Below, one piece after another: positions 1-8,812 of a DNA stretch of 27,922 bases (within the stretch, counting starts at the first letter, position 1; each line of letters begins with the position of its first letter). The notes under the pieces were generated by a model. That model searched no databases, had not been told where the DNA came from, and saw nothing but the letters and a program-made list of their open reading frames with translations. Origin of the DNA: a virus (taxonomy: Duplodnaviria; Caudoviricetes). The position numbers were made by a program, and so were the translations under genes. The stretch covers positions 1-27,922 of IMG/VR virus record IMGVR_UViG_3300033746_000020. One strand, written 5' to 3'.

Positions 1-1
1 C

Positions 2-1555
2 TCTTATTACGATAAAGATTCTGCAGACTATGCGGTCAACTTTATTGAGTGCTTAAGCCATACCAAAGGTAAATGGTCAGGAAAGCCTTTTGAACTCATA
101 GATTGGCAAGAGCAAATCATCAGAGATATTTTTGGAACACTTAAATCAAATGGATATAGACAGTTTAATACAGCTTATATTGAGATACCAAAGAAAATGG
201 GTAAATCAGAACTTGCGGCTGCTGTTGCCCTACTTCTTTGTTGTGGTGATGGTGAAGAAAGAGCGGAGGTTTATGGTTGTGCTGCAGATCGTCAGCAAGC
301 ATCGATAGTATTTGAAGTTGCAGCTGATATGGTGCGTATGAGTCCGGCACTTAGTAAACGAGTTAAAATCCTGTCGGCAACAAAGCGTATTGTTTTTCAG
401 CCGACAAATAGTTTTTATCAAGTGCTTTCAGCTGAAGCCTATTCAAAGCATGGTTTTAATATACACGGTGTTGTTTTTGATGAACTTCATACCCAGCCCA
501 ATAGAAAACTCTTTGATGTTATGACCAAGGGTTCTGGTGATGCAAGAACCCAGCCGCTGTATTTTCTTATTACCACTGCAGGGTCAGACACCAAATCTAT
601 CTGCTATGAGACACATCAAAAAGCAAAAGACCTCTTGGAAGGGCGAAAGGTTGACCCTACATTTTATCCTGTAATTTATGGTGCAGACGAATCTGATGAT
701 TGGACTGATCCAAAAGTATGGAAAAAAGCAAACCCTAGCCTTGGGATTACCGTGGGAATCGACAAGGTAAAAGCCGCTTGCGAATCTGCAAAGCAAAATC
801 CTGCAGAAGAGAATACTTTTAGACAGCTAAGACTTAATCAATGGGTCAAACAAGCTGTTCGCTGGATGCCAATGGATAGGTGGGATAAATGCGCTTTTGC
901 CGTAAATGAAGAAGAATTACTTGGAAGAGTTTGCTATGGCGGTCTAGACCTTTCAAGTTCCATAGATATAACAGCCTTTGTACTCGTGTTTCCACCGGAA
1001 GATGAAGATGACAAATATGTTGTTCTTCCCTATTTTTGGTTACCGGAAGAAACCCTTAATATCAGAGTAAATCGTGACCATGTTCCTTATGATGTATGGG
1101 AAAAGCAAGAATACCTTAAAACTACTGAAGGCAATGTCGTGCATTATGGTTTCATTGAGAAGTTTATTGAAAGTCTTGGTGAGAAATATAATATTCGAGA
1201 AATTGCCTTTGACCGTTGGGGTGCAGTTCAGATGGTACAAAACCTTGAAGGCATGGGATTTACCGTTGTTCCATTTGGACAGGGATTTAAAGATATGAGT
1301 CCACCAACCAAGGAACTTATGAAACTAACCTTGGAGGAAAAGGTCGCACATGGTGGACATCCTGTTCTTAGATGGATGATGGATAATATTTTTATTCGTA
1401 CTGATCCGGCGGGCAACATTAAACCGGATAAAGAGAAGTCAACAGAAAAAATAGATGGTGCTGTAGCCACTATTATGGCTCTAGATAGAGCAATTCGCTG
1501 TGGCAATGATACGAGTGCTTCGGTTTATGACGGTCGGGGATTACTCGTGTTTTAG
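2..1555 (+). CDS. terL: Terminase large subunit (5' partial; starts upstream of window)
   Basis: Frame is open from position 2 (SYYDKDSADYAVNFIECL...). The track's Met at 197 lies inside Walker A (IPKKMGKS). Walker B VVFDELH, coupling motif ITTAG, nuclease motifs GGLDLS and KIDGAVA. Confidence 0.95.
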   Translation, partial: SYYDKDSADYAVNFIECLSHTKGKWSGKPFELIDWQEQIIRDIFGTLKSNGYRQFNTAYIEIPKKMGKSELAAAVALLLCCGDGEERAEVYGCAADRQQASIVFEVAADMVRMSPALSKRVKILSATKRIVFQPTNSFYQVLSAEAYSKHGFNIHGVVFDELHTQPNRKLFDVMTKGSGDARTQPLYFLITTAGSDTKSICYETHQKAKDLLEGRKVDPTFYPVIYGADESDDWTDPKVWKKANPSLGITVGIDKVKAACESAKQNPAEENTFRQLRLNQWVKQAVRWMPMDRWDKCAFAVNEEELLGRVCYGGLDLSSSIDITAFVLVFPPEDEDDKYVVLPYFWLPEETLNIRVNRDHVPYDVWEKQEYLKTTEGNVVHYGFIEKFIESLGEKYNIREIAFDRWGAVQMVQNLEGMGFTVVPFGQGFKDMSPPTKELMKLTLEEKVAHGGHPVLRWMMDNIFIRTDPAGNIKPDKEKSTEKIDGAVATIMALDRAIRCGNDTSASVYDGRGLLVF

Positions 1556-1567
1556 GAGAGGAGAGTG

Positions 1568-2830
1568 ATGCAGATGGGGCTGTTTACAAATATTTTTAAA
1601 GCACGTGACAAACCACAAAATCGAACTGCAGGGAGCAACTATAGTTTCCTTTTTGGCGGCTCGACAAGCGGCAAGCCTGTTAATGAGCATACAGCCATGC
1701 AAATGACTGCAGTGTATTCCTGCGTGAGGATATTAGCAGAGGCTGTGGCAGGGCTTCCCCTTCACCTATATAAATACACCGATAGCGGTGGTAAGGAGAA
1801 AGCACTTTCTCATCCGCTATATTTTTTATTACATGATGAGCCAAATCCAGAGATGAGTTCTTTCGTTTTCCGCGAGACGATGATGACTCATCTTTTATTA
1901 TGGGGCAATGCCTATGCTCAGATTATTCGAAACGGCAAAGGTGAAGTCATAGCACTGTATCCACTAATGCCAAATCGAATGTCTGTGGATCGAGATTCCA
2001 GTGGCAATCTCTATTATTCCTACACCAGGTATTCCGATGATGCACCAACGATGAACGGTGTGGCGGTTACATTAAGACCAAGCGATGTACTTCATATTCC
2101 AGGTTTAGGCTTTGATGGTCTTGTGGGTTACTCGCCGATTGCTATGGCTAAGAATGCTATAGGTATGGCAATAGCATGTGAGGAATATGGAGCTAAGTTC
2201 TTTGCTAATGGGGCAGCACCAGGAGGGGTACTTGAACATCCTGGCACCATTAAAGACCCTCAGAAAGTAAGGGAAAGTTGGAATGCAGCCTATCAAGGGA
2301 GTAGCAACTCTCATCGCGTAGCAGTACTTGAAGAAGGCATGAAATACCAGCCAATTGGTATCTCGCCGGAGCAAGCTCAGTTTTTAGAAACAAGGAAATT
2401 TCAAATCAATGAAATCGCTCGAATTTTCCGCGTACCTCCACATATGGTTGGGGACTTGGAAAAGTCGAGTTTTTCTAATATTGAACAGCAATCACTGGAG
2501 TTTGTGAAATACACTTTGGACCCTTGGGTTATTCGCTGGGAACAGGCCATAAGCAGAGCGCTTTTAAGATCAGATGAAAAGAAACAGTATTTTTCCAAGT
2601 TTAACGTAGATGGTTTACTTCGTGGAGATTATGTTTCTCGAATGAGCGGCTATGCAACCGCCAGACAAAACGGATGGATGAGCGCCAATGATATTAGGGA
2701 GCTTGAGAACCTAGACCGAATTCCACCTGAGCTTGGAGGAGATTTATACCTAATTAACGGCAATATGACCAAACTTGCGGATGCGGGCATATTTGCAAAT
2801 AAAGAAGGATTGGAGGAAATAGCCAAATGA
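1568..2830 (+). CDS. Phage portal protein, HK97 family
   Basis: AVYSCVRILAE, LLLWGNAY, GLVGYSPI, IARIFRVPPH motifs; directly follows terL. Start could be 1565, 1568 or 1574. Confidence 0.93.
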   Translation: MQMGLFTNIFKARDKPQNRTAGSNYSFLFGGSTSGKPVNEHTAMQMTAVYSCVRILAEAVAGLPLHLYKYTDSGGKEKALSHPLYFLLHDEPNPEMSSFVFRETMMTHLLLWGNAYAQIIRNGKGEVIALYPLMPNRMSVDRDSSGNLYYSYTRYSDDAPTMNGVAVTLRPSDVLHIPGLGFDGLVGYSPIAMAKNAIGMAIACEEYGAKFFANGAAPGGVLEHPGTIKDPQKVRESWNAAYQGSSNSHRVAVLEEGMKYQPIGISPEQAQFLETRKFQINEIARIFRVPPHMVGDLEKSSFSNIEQQSLEFVKYTLDPWVIRWEQAISRALLRSDEKKQYFSKFNVDGLLRGDYVSRMSGYATARQNGWMSANDIRELENLDRIPPELGGDLYLINGNMTKLADAGIFANKEGLEEIAK

Positions 2831-3507
2831 AAAAGTTTTGGAACTGGGTGCGTGATTCAGATACACAAACACGAACCCTCTACCTTAACGGTGCAATTGC
2901 AGAGGAGAGTTGGTTTGAAGATGATGTTACTCCTGCAGCTTTTAAAGCAGAGCTTATGAGTGGCGAAGGAGACATTGTTGTTTGGATCAACTCTCCCGGT
3001 GGCGATTGTATCGCAGCATCACAGATTTACAACATGCTGATGGATTACAAAGGCAATGTCACTGTAAAGATTGACGGTATTGCAGCTTCAGCCGCATCGG
3101 TCATTGCAATGGCAGGAACAGAAGTCTTGATGTCACCAACCTCACTCATGATGATCCATAATCCATTCACCATAGCCATTGGTGATAGTGAGGAGATGCA
3201 AAAGGCAATGCAAATGTTAGATGAAGTAAAGGAAAGTATCATCAATGCTTACGAACTGAAAACCGGTTTATCACGAACAAGGCTATCCCATCTGATGGAT
3301 GCAGAAACATGGCTTAATGCCAATAAAGCGATTGAGCTTGGTTTTGCTGATGACATCATGTTTAGAACTGGAGAAAGTACTGTGCAAGATAGTTTTGTGT
3401 TTAGCCGAAGAGCAGTGACCAATTCATTAATGGATAAGCTTAAGAAACCAGTTGTCAAACAATCAACCGAGCCGCTTTATGAGCGGCTTAATTTATTAAA
3501 ATATTAG
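2827..3507 (+). CDS. Head maturation protease, ClpP/S14-like
   Basis: INSPGGD, GIAASAAS (catalytic Ser), MMIHNP (His), ETWL..A...GFAD. ATGA overlap with the portal stop. Confidence 0.92.
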   Translation: MKKFWNWVRDSDTQTRTLYLNGAIAEESWFEDDVTPAAFKAELMSGEGDIVVWINSPGGDCIAASQIYNMLMDYKGNVTVKIDGIAASAASVIAMAGTEVLMSPTSLMMIHNPFTIAIGDSEEMQKAMQMLDEVKESIINAYELKTGLSRTRLSHLMDAETWLNANKAIELGFADDIMFRTGESTVQDSFVFSRRAVTNSLMDKLKKPVVKQSTEPLYERLNLLKY

Positions 3508-3519
3508 GAGGAAATCAAA

Positions 3520-4719
3520 ATGAGTAAAATTCTTGAACTGCGTGAAAAACGCGCAAAAGCATGGGAAGCGGCAAAGACATTTCTTGATTCAAAACGTGGC
3601 AGTGACGGGCTTGTTTCTGCGGAGGATGCGGTAACCTACGACAGAATGGAAGAGGACATTGTTAATCTTGGTAAGGAAATCGCAAGACTGGAACGCCAAG
3701 AGGCACTTGAAGCAGAACTTAACAAACCTGTGAATATGCCTCTTACTGGAAAACCAAATATTCCAGGGATGGAAACAAAGACTGGAAGAGCAAGTGATGA
3801 TTATAAGAAGGCATTCTGGAATGTCATGCGAAGCAAAAATCCTAGACATGATGTACTCAATTCCCTCTCTGTAGGAACTGATTCTGAGGGTGGATATCTT
3901 GTTCCAGATGAATTTGAACGTACCCTAATTCAAACCCTTGAGGAAGAAAATGTGTTCCGTAAGCTGGCAAAGATTATTCAGACTTCAAGCGGTGACAGAA
4001 AAATTCCTGTTGTAGTGACCAAAGGTACTGCGGCTTGGCTTGATGAAGGCGAGGAATTTGATGAGAGTGATTCTGTATTTGGTCAGACTTCCATTGGTGC
4101 ATATAAGTTGGGTACGATGATTAAAGTCTCGGATGAACTCTTAAACGATAGTGTATTTAATCTTGAAAGCTATATTTCCACTGAGTTTGCTAGAAGAATT
4201 GGAGCAAAGGAAGAAGAAGCATTTCTTGTTGGAGATGCTGACGGAAAACCTACAGGCATCTTCAATGCTACGGGTGGAGCACAGCTTGGGATTACTGCAG
4301 GATCGGCTACAGCAATTACAGCAGATGAGATTATCGATCTTGTCTACTCATTAAAAGCACCATACAGAAAAAATGCAGTGTTCTTAATGAATGATGCAAC
4401 GGTGAAAGCAATCCGTAAACTAAAAGACGGACAGGGCCAATATCTATGGCAGCCTTCGCTGACTGCGGGTACTCCAGATACATTGCTAAACCGTCCAGTA
4501 TATACTTCAGCCTATGCGCCAATTATTGAGGCTGGGGCAAAGACCATCGCATTTGGTGACTTTGGCTACTACTGGATTGCGGACAGACAAGGACGTTCTT
4601 TCAAGCGTTTAAATGAGCTATTTGCAACCACTGGTCAAGTTGGTTTCCTTGCAAGTCAACGTGTAGACGGTAAACTGATCCTTCCTGAGGCTGTGAAAAT
4701 CCTACAGCAAAAGGCTTAA
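3520..4719 (+). CDS. Major capsid protein, HK97 fold
   Basis: N-terminal coiled-coil (delta/scaffold-like) region, GGYLVP, KLKDGQGQYLWQP, IAFGDF, RVDG motifs. SD AGGAGG. Confidence 0.95.
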   Translation: MSKILELREKRAKAWEAAKTFLDSKRGSDGLVSAEDAVTYDRMEEDIVNLGKEIARLERQEALEAELNKPVNMPLTGKPNIPGMETKTGRASDDYKKAFWNVMRSKNPRHDVLNSLSVGTDSEGGYLVPDEFERTLIQTLEEENVFRKLAKIIQTSSGDRKIPVVVTKGTAAWLDEGEEFDESDSVFGQTSIGAYKLGTMIKVSDELLNDSVFNLESYISTEFARRIGAKEEEAFLVGDADGKPTGIFNATGGAQLGITAGSATAITADEIIDLVYSLKAPYRKNAVFLMNDATVKAIRKLKDGQGQYLWQPSLTAGTPDTLLNRPVYTSAYAPIIEAGAKTIAFGDFGYYWIADRQGRSFKRLNELFATTGQVGFLASQRVDGKLILPEAVKILQQKA

Positions 4720-4731
4720 TGGGAGGTGCAA

Positions 4732-4953
4732 ATGATGAGTTATAACACGAAGAATTATACAGAGCAAGGTGGAGAAAAGACCGTAATCGGTGGTGAGCTT
4801 GTCATAGAAGAGGGGGCCAAAGTAACCGGCCTCCCTGTTCTTGAGAATCAACCAGCAAGCACTGCGGCTACTGTAGAGGACTTGGTAACGGACTTTAATG
4901 CCCTTTTAACCAAGTTAAAAGCCACTGGAATAATGGTAGAGGATACTCCGTAG
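4732..4953 (+). CDS. Small head-associated protein (head fiber/decoration-like)
   Basis: Position after capsid; YNTKNYTEQGGEKTVIGG and DFNALLTKLKATG motifs. SD GGAGG. Start 4726, 4732 or 4735. Confidence 0.6.
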   Translation: MMSYNTKNYTEQGGEKTVIGGELVIEEGAKVTGLPVLENQPASTAATVEDLVTDFNALLTKLKATGIMVEDTP

Positions 4954-4972
4954 AGAAAGGAAGGTGACGGTG

Positions 4973-5281
4973 ATGACACTGTTTGAAAAGGTAAAGGCAA
5001 ATCTAATTCTTGAGCATGATCGTGATGATGAACTTCTTCAGACATACATCACTACTGCAACCTCCTATGCCGAGAGTTACCAGCATCTTCCGGAAGGTCA
5101 TTATAGCAAAAATGCAATGCCGCCAACTACGGAGCAAGCCATTATCATGCTGTCATCCCACTTCTATGAAAGTCGAGATGGCAGTACGGGTGGCTTTTTT
5201 GCTGACAATGTGCAGGCGGGCCAGCAGGTTTGGAATACGGTAAATTTACTGCTCAGGCTTGATCGGGATTGGAAGGTGTAG
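4973..5281 (+). CDS. Head-tail connector (HK97 gp6/SPP1 gp15-like)
   Basis: VKANL...DDELL...A and QAIIMLSSHFYESR motifs; gene position. Start uncertain (4964-4973). Confidence 0.85.
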   Translation: MTLFEKVKANLILEHDRDDELLQTYITTATSYAESYQHLPEGHYSKNAMPPTTEQAIIMLSSHFYESRDGSTGGFFADNVQAGQQVWNTVNLLLRLDRDWKV

Positions 5282-5284
5282 CGT

Positions 5285-5620
5285 ATGAGCTTTGGAAAAA
5301 TGAATACCTTTATAGATATTATTTCTGTTGAAACAGTAAAAGACAGTGAGGGTTTTAGTAAACCCACTGATACCATTGTTGCGTCTGTTCGTGCCTATAA
5401 GGAAGACCGTCACGGGAATGAAAAATGGGCCAATAGAGCAACATTCTCTGAAGCCACCGCACTGTTTTGCTTTCGTAAGATACCGGATATTCTGGTGTCT
5501 ACTAAGATGGTCATTGCGTGCAGTGATGGACGATACGAAATCACAAGTGTGGAGGATGTAAAAGGAAAAGGTATGTATATTGAAGCTTTGGCGAAAAAGG
5601 TGGTGGCATCAAGTGGCTAA
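5285..5620 (+). CDS. Head-tail adaptor / head closure protein (SPP1 gp16-like)
   Basis: MSFGKMNTFI start, GRYEITSVEDVKGKGMYIE; gene position. Confidence 0.8.
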   Translation: MSFGKMNTFIDIISVETVKDSEGFSKPTDTIVASVRAYKEDRHGNEKWANRATFSEATALFCFRKIPDILVSTKMVIACSDGRYEITSVEDVKGKGMYIEALAKKVVASSG

Positions 5621-6044
5621 AGCAGATGTTAAAATGCCGGACGATTTTCTTCTAAAACTTTCAAAGCTGGGTGATAAGACAGATGAAATTATACCGAAGG
5701 TACTGGAGTCAGGAGGAGAAGTAGTTGTAGAAACAGTAAAGTCAAATTTACAAGGGACTATTGGAAGTGGAACAAAAGAAAAAAGCCGGTCTACAGGTGA
5801 ACTAGTCGATTCCCTTGGTGTCTCCCCTGCTAAGCTTGATCGAAACGGTAATTTCAATGTAAAAGTGGGTTTTAAAGAACCAAGAAGAAATGGTGAAAGC
5901 AATGCCAAGATAGCCAATATCATAGAGTATGGGAAATCCGGTCAACCACCAAAACCATTTTTAAAGCCTGCAAGAAGAACTTCAAGAAAAGCCTGTATAG
6001 AAGCAATGAAACAGCGATTTGATAAAGAGGTGGATAAAATATGA
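5613..6044 (+). CDS. HK97 gp10-like tail component
   Basis: TGEL..S, IEYGKSGQPPKPFLKPA. Likely GTG start at 5613 after AAGGTGG. Confidence 0.85.
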   Translation: MAKADVKMPDDFLLKLSKLGDKTDEIIPKVLESGGEVVVETVKSNLQGTIGSGTKEKSRSTGELVDSLGVSPAKLDRNGNFNVKVGFKEPRRNGESNAKIANIIEYGKSGQPPKPFLKPARRTSRKACIEAMKQRFDKEVDKI

Positions 6045-6394
6045 GCATCTTAAAAGAATTAAATCTCATAGCAGATATGTGTAGCATTCCAGTAGAGACA
6101 GGTGTTTTTTCTGGTGTGCCTCCTGATGTTTATCTTGTAATCACACCTCTTGTCGATTTGTTTGAGGTTCATGCTGATAACAAGCCTGAATATGAAGTGC
6201 AGGAAGTTAGACTTTCCCTATTTGTAAAAGGTAACTATATAGGCATTAAAAATAATTTAGTCCGCACTCTTTTGGGTGCGGATTTTACAATAACAGACCG
6301 CAGGTATATCGGCCATGAAGATGATACCGGCTATCACCACTATGCCATTGATGTGGCAAAACCCTATGAATTTAAATTAGAAATGGAGGAATAA
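6041..6394 (+). CDS. Putative tail completion/terminator protein
   Basis: Size and position between gp10-like gene and major tail gene; ends HEDDTGYHHYAIDV. ATGA overlap. Confidence 0.65.
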   Translation: MSILKELNLIADMCSIPVETGVFSGVPPDVYLVITPLVDLFEVHADNKPEYEVQEVRLSLFVKGNYIGIKNNLVRTLLGADFTITDRRYIGHEDDTGYHHYAIDVAKPYEFKLEMEE

Positions 6395-6397
6395 AAC

Positions 6398-7000
6398 ATG
6401 GCTACAATTGGTCTTGATAGACTTTATTATGCAAAAATCACCGAGGATGCAAGCGGTGATGAAACCTATGAAACCCCGGTGCCCTTGGCAAAAGCCATCA
6501 GTGCAGAACTGTCGGTAGAGCTTGCTGAGGCAACGCTTTATGCCGATGATGGTGCAGCTGAAATTATTAAAGAGTTCAGAAGTGGCACATTAGCACTTGG
6601 TATTGATGATATTGGAGTGACTGCCGCAGGAGATCTTACAGGAGCAACCATTGATGACAATCATGTGCTCATTTCAACCAGTGAAGACGGCGGTGACCCT
6701 GTTGCGGTAGGCTTTAGGGCTAAAAAAGCAAACGGAAAGTATCGTTATTTTTGGCTGTATCGTGTCAAGTTTGGTATCCCAGCAACTAATCTGGCTACTA
6801 AAGGCGATAGCATTACCTTTTCAACTCCAACCATTGAAGGGACAGTGCTACGCAGGAACAAATTGGATGGTCAGGGCAGACATCCTTGGAAAGCAGAAGT
6901 TAACGAGGGTGATGAAGGAGTCACACAATCAATTATTACCGAATGGTACAACGAAGTATATGAACCTACATTTGCCGCCTCTGGTGGCACTGAAGAATAG
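6398..7000 (+). CDS. Major tail protein (phi13 family-like)
   Basis: IGLDRLYYA, LYADDG, VAVGFRAKKANGKYRYFWLYRVKF motifs. Confidence 0.9.
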   Translation: MATIGLDRLYYAKITEDASGDETYETPVPLAKAISAELSVELAEATLYADDGAAEIIKEFRSGTLALGIDDIGVTAAGDLTGATIDDNHVLISTSEDGGDPVAVGFRAKKANGKYRYFWLYRVKFGIPATNLATKGDSITFSTPTIEGTVLRRNKLDGQGRHPWKAEVNEGDEGVTQSIITEWYNEVYEPTFAASGGTEE

Positions 7001-7011
7001 GAGGATGTTCC

Positions 7012-7395
7012 ATGGATAACGAACGCAGCGCAAAGATTACTATCAGTGGTCAGGAGTATGAACTTATTTTAACGACTAGGGCAACAAAAGAAATTGCAGG
7101 AAGATATGGTGGGCTTGAAAACCTGGGTGAAAAGCTCATGAAATCAGAAAACTTCGAGATGGCACTGGATGAGATTGTCTGGCTGATTACATTAATGGCC
7201 AATCAAAGTTTGCTTATTTATAACCTACGAAATCCGAATGATAAGAAGAGTCTTCTCACTCAAGAAGAGATTGAACTTCTTACTTCACCTTTGGAGCTTG
7301 CCACATATAAAAACGCACTGATGGAAGCGATGTTTAAAGGGACGAAACGAAATATTGCATCGGAAGATGACTCAAAAAACGCACAAACCGGGTAA
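7012..7395 (+). CDS. Tail assembly chaperone (gpG analogue)
   Basis: Lies between major tail and tape measure genes; ends in slippery A AAA AAC (7374-7380). Confidence 0.85.
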   Translation: MDNERSAKITISGQEYELILTTRATKEIAGRYGGLENLGEKLMKSENFEMALDEIVWLITLMANQSLLIYNLRNPNDKKSLLTQEEIELLTSPLELATYKNALMEAMFKGTKRNIASEDDSKNAQTG

Positions 7396-7418
7396 ATGAG
7401 GAGGAGCTCTTTACCCGG
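7374..7418 (+). other. Programmed -1 ribosomal frameshift signal
   Basis: X XXY YYZ heptamer A AAA AAC in the correct phase, a 7-nt spacer, then stem CCGGGTAAA (7388-7396) / TTTACCCGG (7410-7418). Confidence 0.85.
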
Positions 7419-7583
7419 CTTTTATATTACGGAACAGTCCATTTAAATCGTACTGAAGAGGAAACATGGCTAACACCTCTTGGGCTTTTGATGGATTTAT
7501 GGGAATGTCACAAACAGTTCCTTGGACTGAGCAAGCAAAAAAGGGAGATTTCCATAGATGATGTTATTCCCTATGGAATTTGA
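7374..7583 (+). CDS. -1 frameshift extension of tail assembly chaperone (gpT analogue); not in ORF track
   Basis: The -1 frame is open from the slippery site to TGA 7581-7583: RTNRVNEEELFTRLLYYGTVHLNRTEEETWLTPLGLLMDLWECHKQFLGLSKQKREISIDDVIPYGI. Fusion is about 190 aa. Confidence 0.85.
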   Translation, partial: KKRTNRVNEEELFTRLLYYGTVHLNRTEEETWLTPLGLLMDLWECHKQFLGLSKQKREISIDDVIPYGI

Positions 7584-7594
7584 CTAGAACATCC

Positions 7595-7623
7595 TTGACA
7601 ATGGTGCGAAATCGTACTATACT
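7595..7623 (+). promoter_or_regulatory. SigA-type promoter of the MarR-GNAT cassette
   Basis: -35 TTGACA (7595-7600), 17-nt spacer, -10 TATACT (7618-7623). Confidence 0.85.
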
Positions 7624-7644
7624 AAATATAGTACGATTTCGCAC
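7604..7644. promoter_or_regulatory. 18-bp perfect inverted repeat; likely MarR operator(s)
   Basis: GTGCGAAATCGTACTATA (7604-7621) / CTAAA / TATAGTACGATTTCGCAC (7627-7644), overlapping the -10 and presumed TSS. Confidence 0.75.
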
Positions 7645-7665
7645 TAAAATCGAGGAGGTTATCAA

Positions 7666-8112
7666 ATGAATTATAAAGAGACTATGTCGCGATTAAATAA
7701 GTCGCTCAATAATATTGATTCAGCTTATGCGAAGATTGCAAAAAACCATGGGTTGACTTTTAACTCTTTAATGATGCTGTATTTGTTAGAGGAATCTAAA
7801 AACATTACGCAAAAACAGATATGTGACACGTTACATCTTCCGAAGTCTACTGTTCATAGCATTTTATCTGATTTTATTAAACAACAATACGTCACCCTCG
7901 TAGCTGGGAGTAACAAGAAAGAAAAATTTGTTATTTTTACTGAAGAAGGAAGAGGCTTTTTTTCTAAGATTTTCGAAGAAACCGAACGATTTGAGAAAAA
8001 GGTGCTTTCCTCATTGGGAGAAGATACCTGTTTATTTCTTATTGAAACAGCAGAAAAGCTTAGTGGTATTATCAAAGATGAAATTGCAGAAATAAGTGAT
8101 AGTGAGGTGTGA
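7666..8112 (+). CDS. MarR family transcriptional regulator
   Basis: GLTF...L..L, ITQKQIC..LHLPKSTVHSIL..F (wHTH), KEKFVIFTEEG wing. SD GAGGAGG. Confidence 0.88.
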   Translation: MNYKETMSRLNKSLNNIDSAYAKIAKNHGLTFNSLMMLYLLEESKNITQKQICDTLHLPKSTVHSILSDFIKQQYVTLVAGSNKKEKFVIFTEEGRGFFSKIFEETERFEKKVLSSLGEDTCLFLIETAEKLSGIIKDEIAEISDSEV

Positions 8113-8115
8113 AGC

Positions 8116-8727
8116 ATGGAAGTGAAAATCAAGCAATTACAGAGAAAAGATTTTGGTAAAGTTATCGACTTTGCTATCAAAGGAATGAATTTTAACAGAT
8201 ATGTTGATAACCCACTAGCACTTCGTTTATACGGCAGATATTTTCTGTATTTGGAATTGGAACGTGCATCACAGGTAGTTGCGGCATATATAGGAGATCA
8301 GCTTGTGGGTATTCTAATGGCTGATATGAAAAATGAACCGAAGCAGTATTCCTCTTTTTGGAGAAAACTCTATGTGAAAATGTTCAAAGCAATTATGGCG
8401 GTTGTTGTTAAAGGAGGAGCAGATATATATGACGAAGCAAACAAGGCGATGTATCAAAAATATTTAAATAGAGCTATTCCTGATGGGGAGATTTGCTTTC
8501 TTGCAGCAGATCCTACCATACACGGTAAGGGAATCGGAACAAAACTGCTTGAAGAATTAAGCAGACGAGAAAAAGGTAAACTGATTTATTTATACACAGA
8601 TGATAATTGTACTTACCAATTTTACGAACACAAAGGATTTGAAAGGTCAGAAGAAAAAGAAATTAAAATGGAGCTACAAGGAAAAGCTGTATCGCTTACT
8701 TGTTTATTATATAGCAAACGATTGTGA
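8116..8727 (+). CDS. GNAT family N-acetyltransferase
   Basis: Acetyl-CoA motif A EICFLAADPTIHGKGIGTKLL and YQFYEHKGF. Confidence 0.88.
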   Translation: MEVKIKQLQRKDFGKVIDFAIKGMNFNRYVDNPLALRLYGRYFLYLELERASQVVAAYIGDQLVGILMADMKNEPKQYSSFWRKLYVKMFKAIMAVVVKGGADIYDEANKAMYQKYLNRAIPDGEICFLAADPTIHGKGIGTKLLEELSRREKGKLIYLYTDDNCTYQFYEHKGFERSEEKEIKMELQGKAVSLTCLLYSKRL

Positions 8728-8735
8728 TAAGTTTT

Positions 8736-8762
8736 AGCACCTAAAAAATAGGTGCTTTTTTT
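8736..8762 (+). terminator. Intrinsic terminator 1 after GNAT
   Basis: AGCACCTA-AAAAA-TAGGTGCT followed by a T-run. Confidence 0.75.
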
Positions 8763-8789
8763 ATACTCGGAGAGATCCGGGTATTTTTT
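8763..8789 (+). terminator. Intrinsic terminator-like hairpin 2
   Basis: ATACTCGGA-GAGA-TCCGGGTAT (one G-U pair, GNRA loop) followed by TTTTT. Confidence 0.6.
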
Positions 8790-8812
8790 ATGCCCGTTTT
8801 AGGAAGGAGGCG

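Noticed and set aside
197-199. Track start codon for terminase
   Set aside because: It falls inside the Walker A motif; the frame is open back to the window start.
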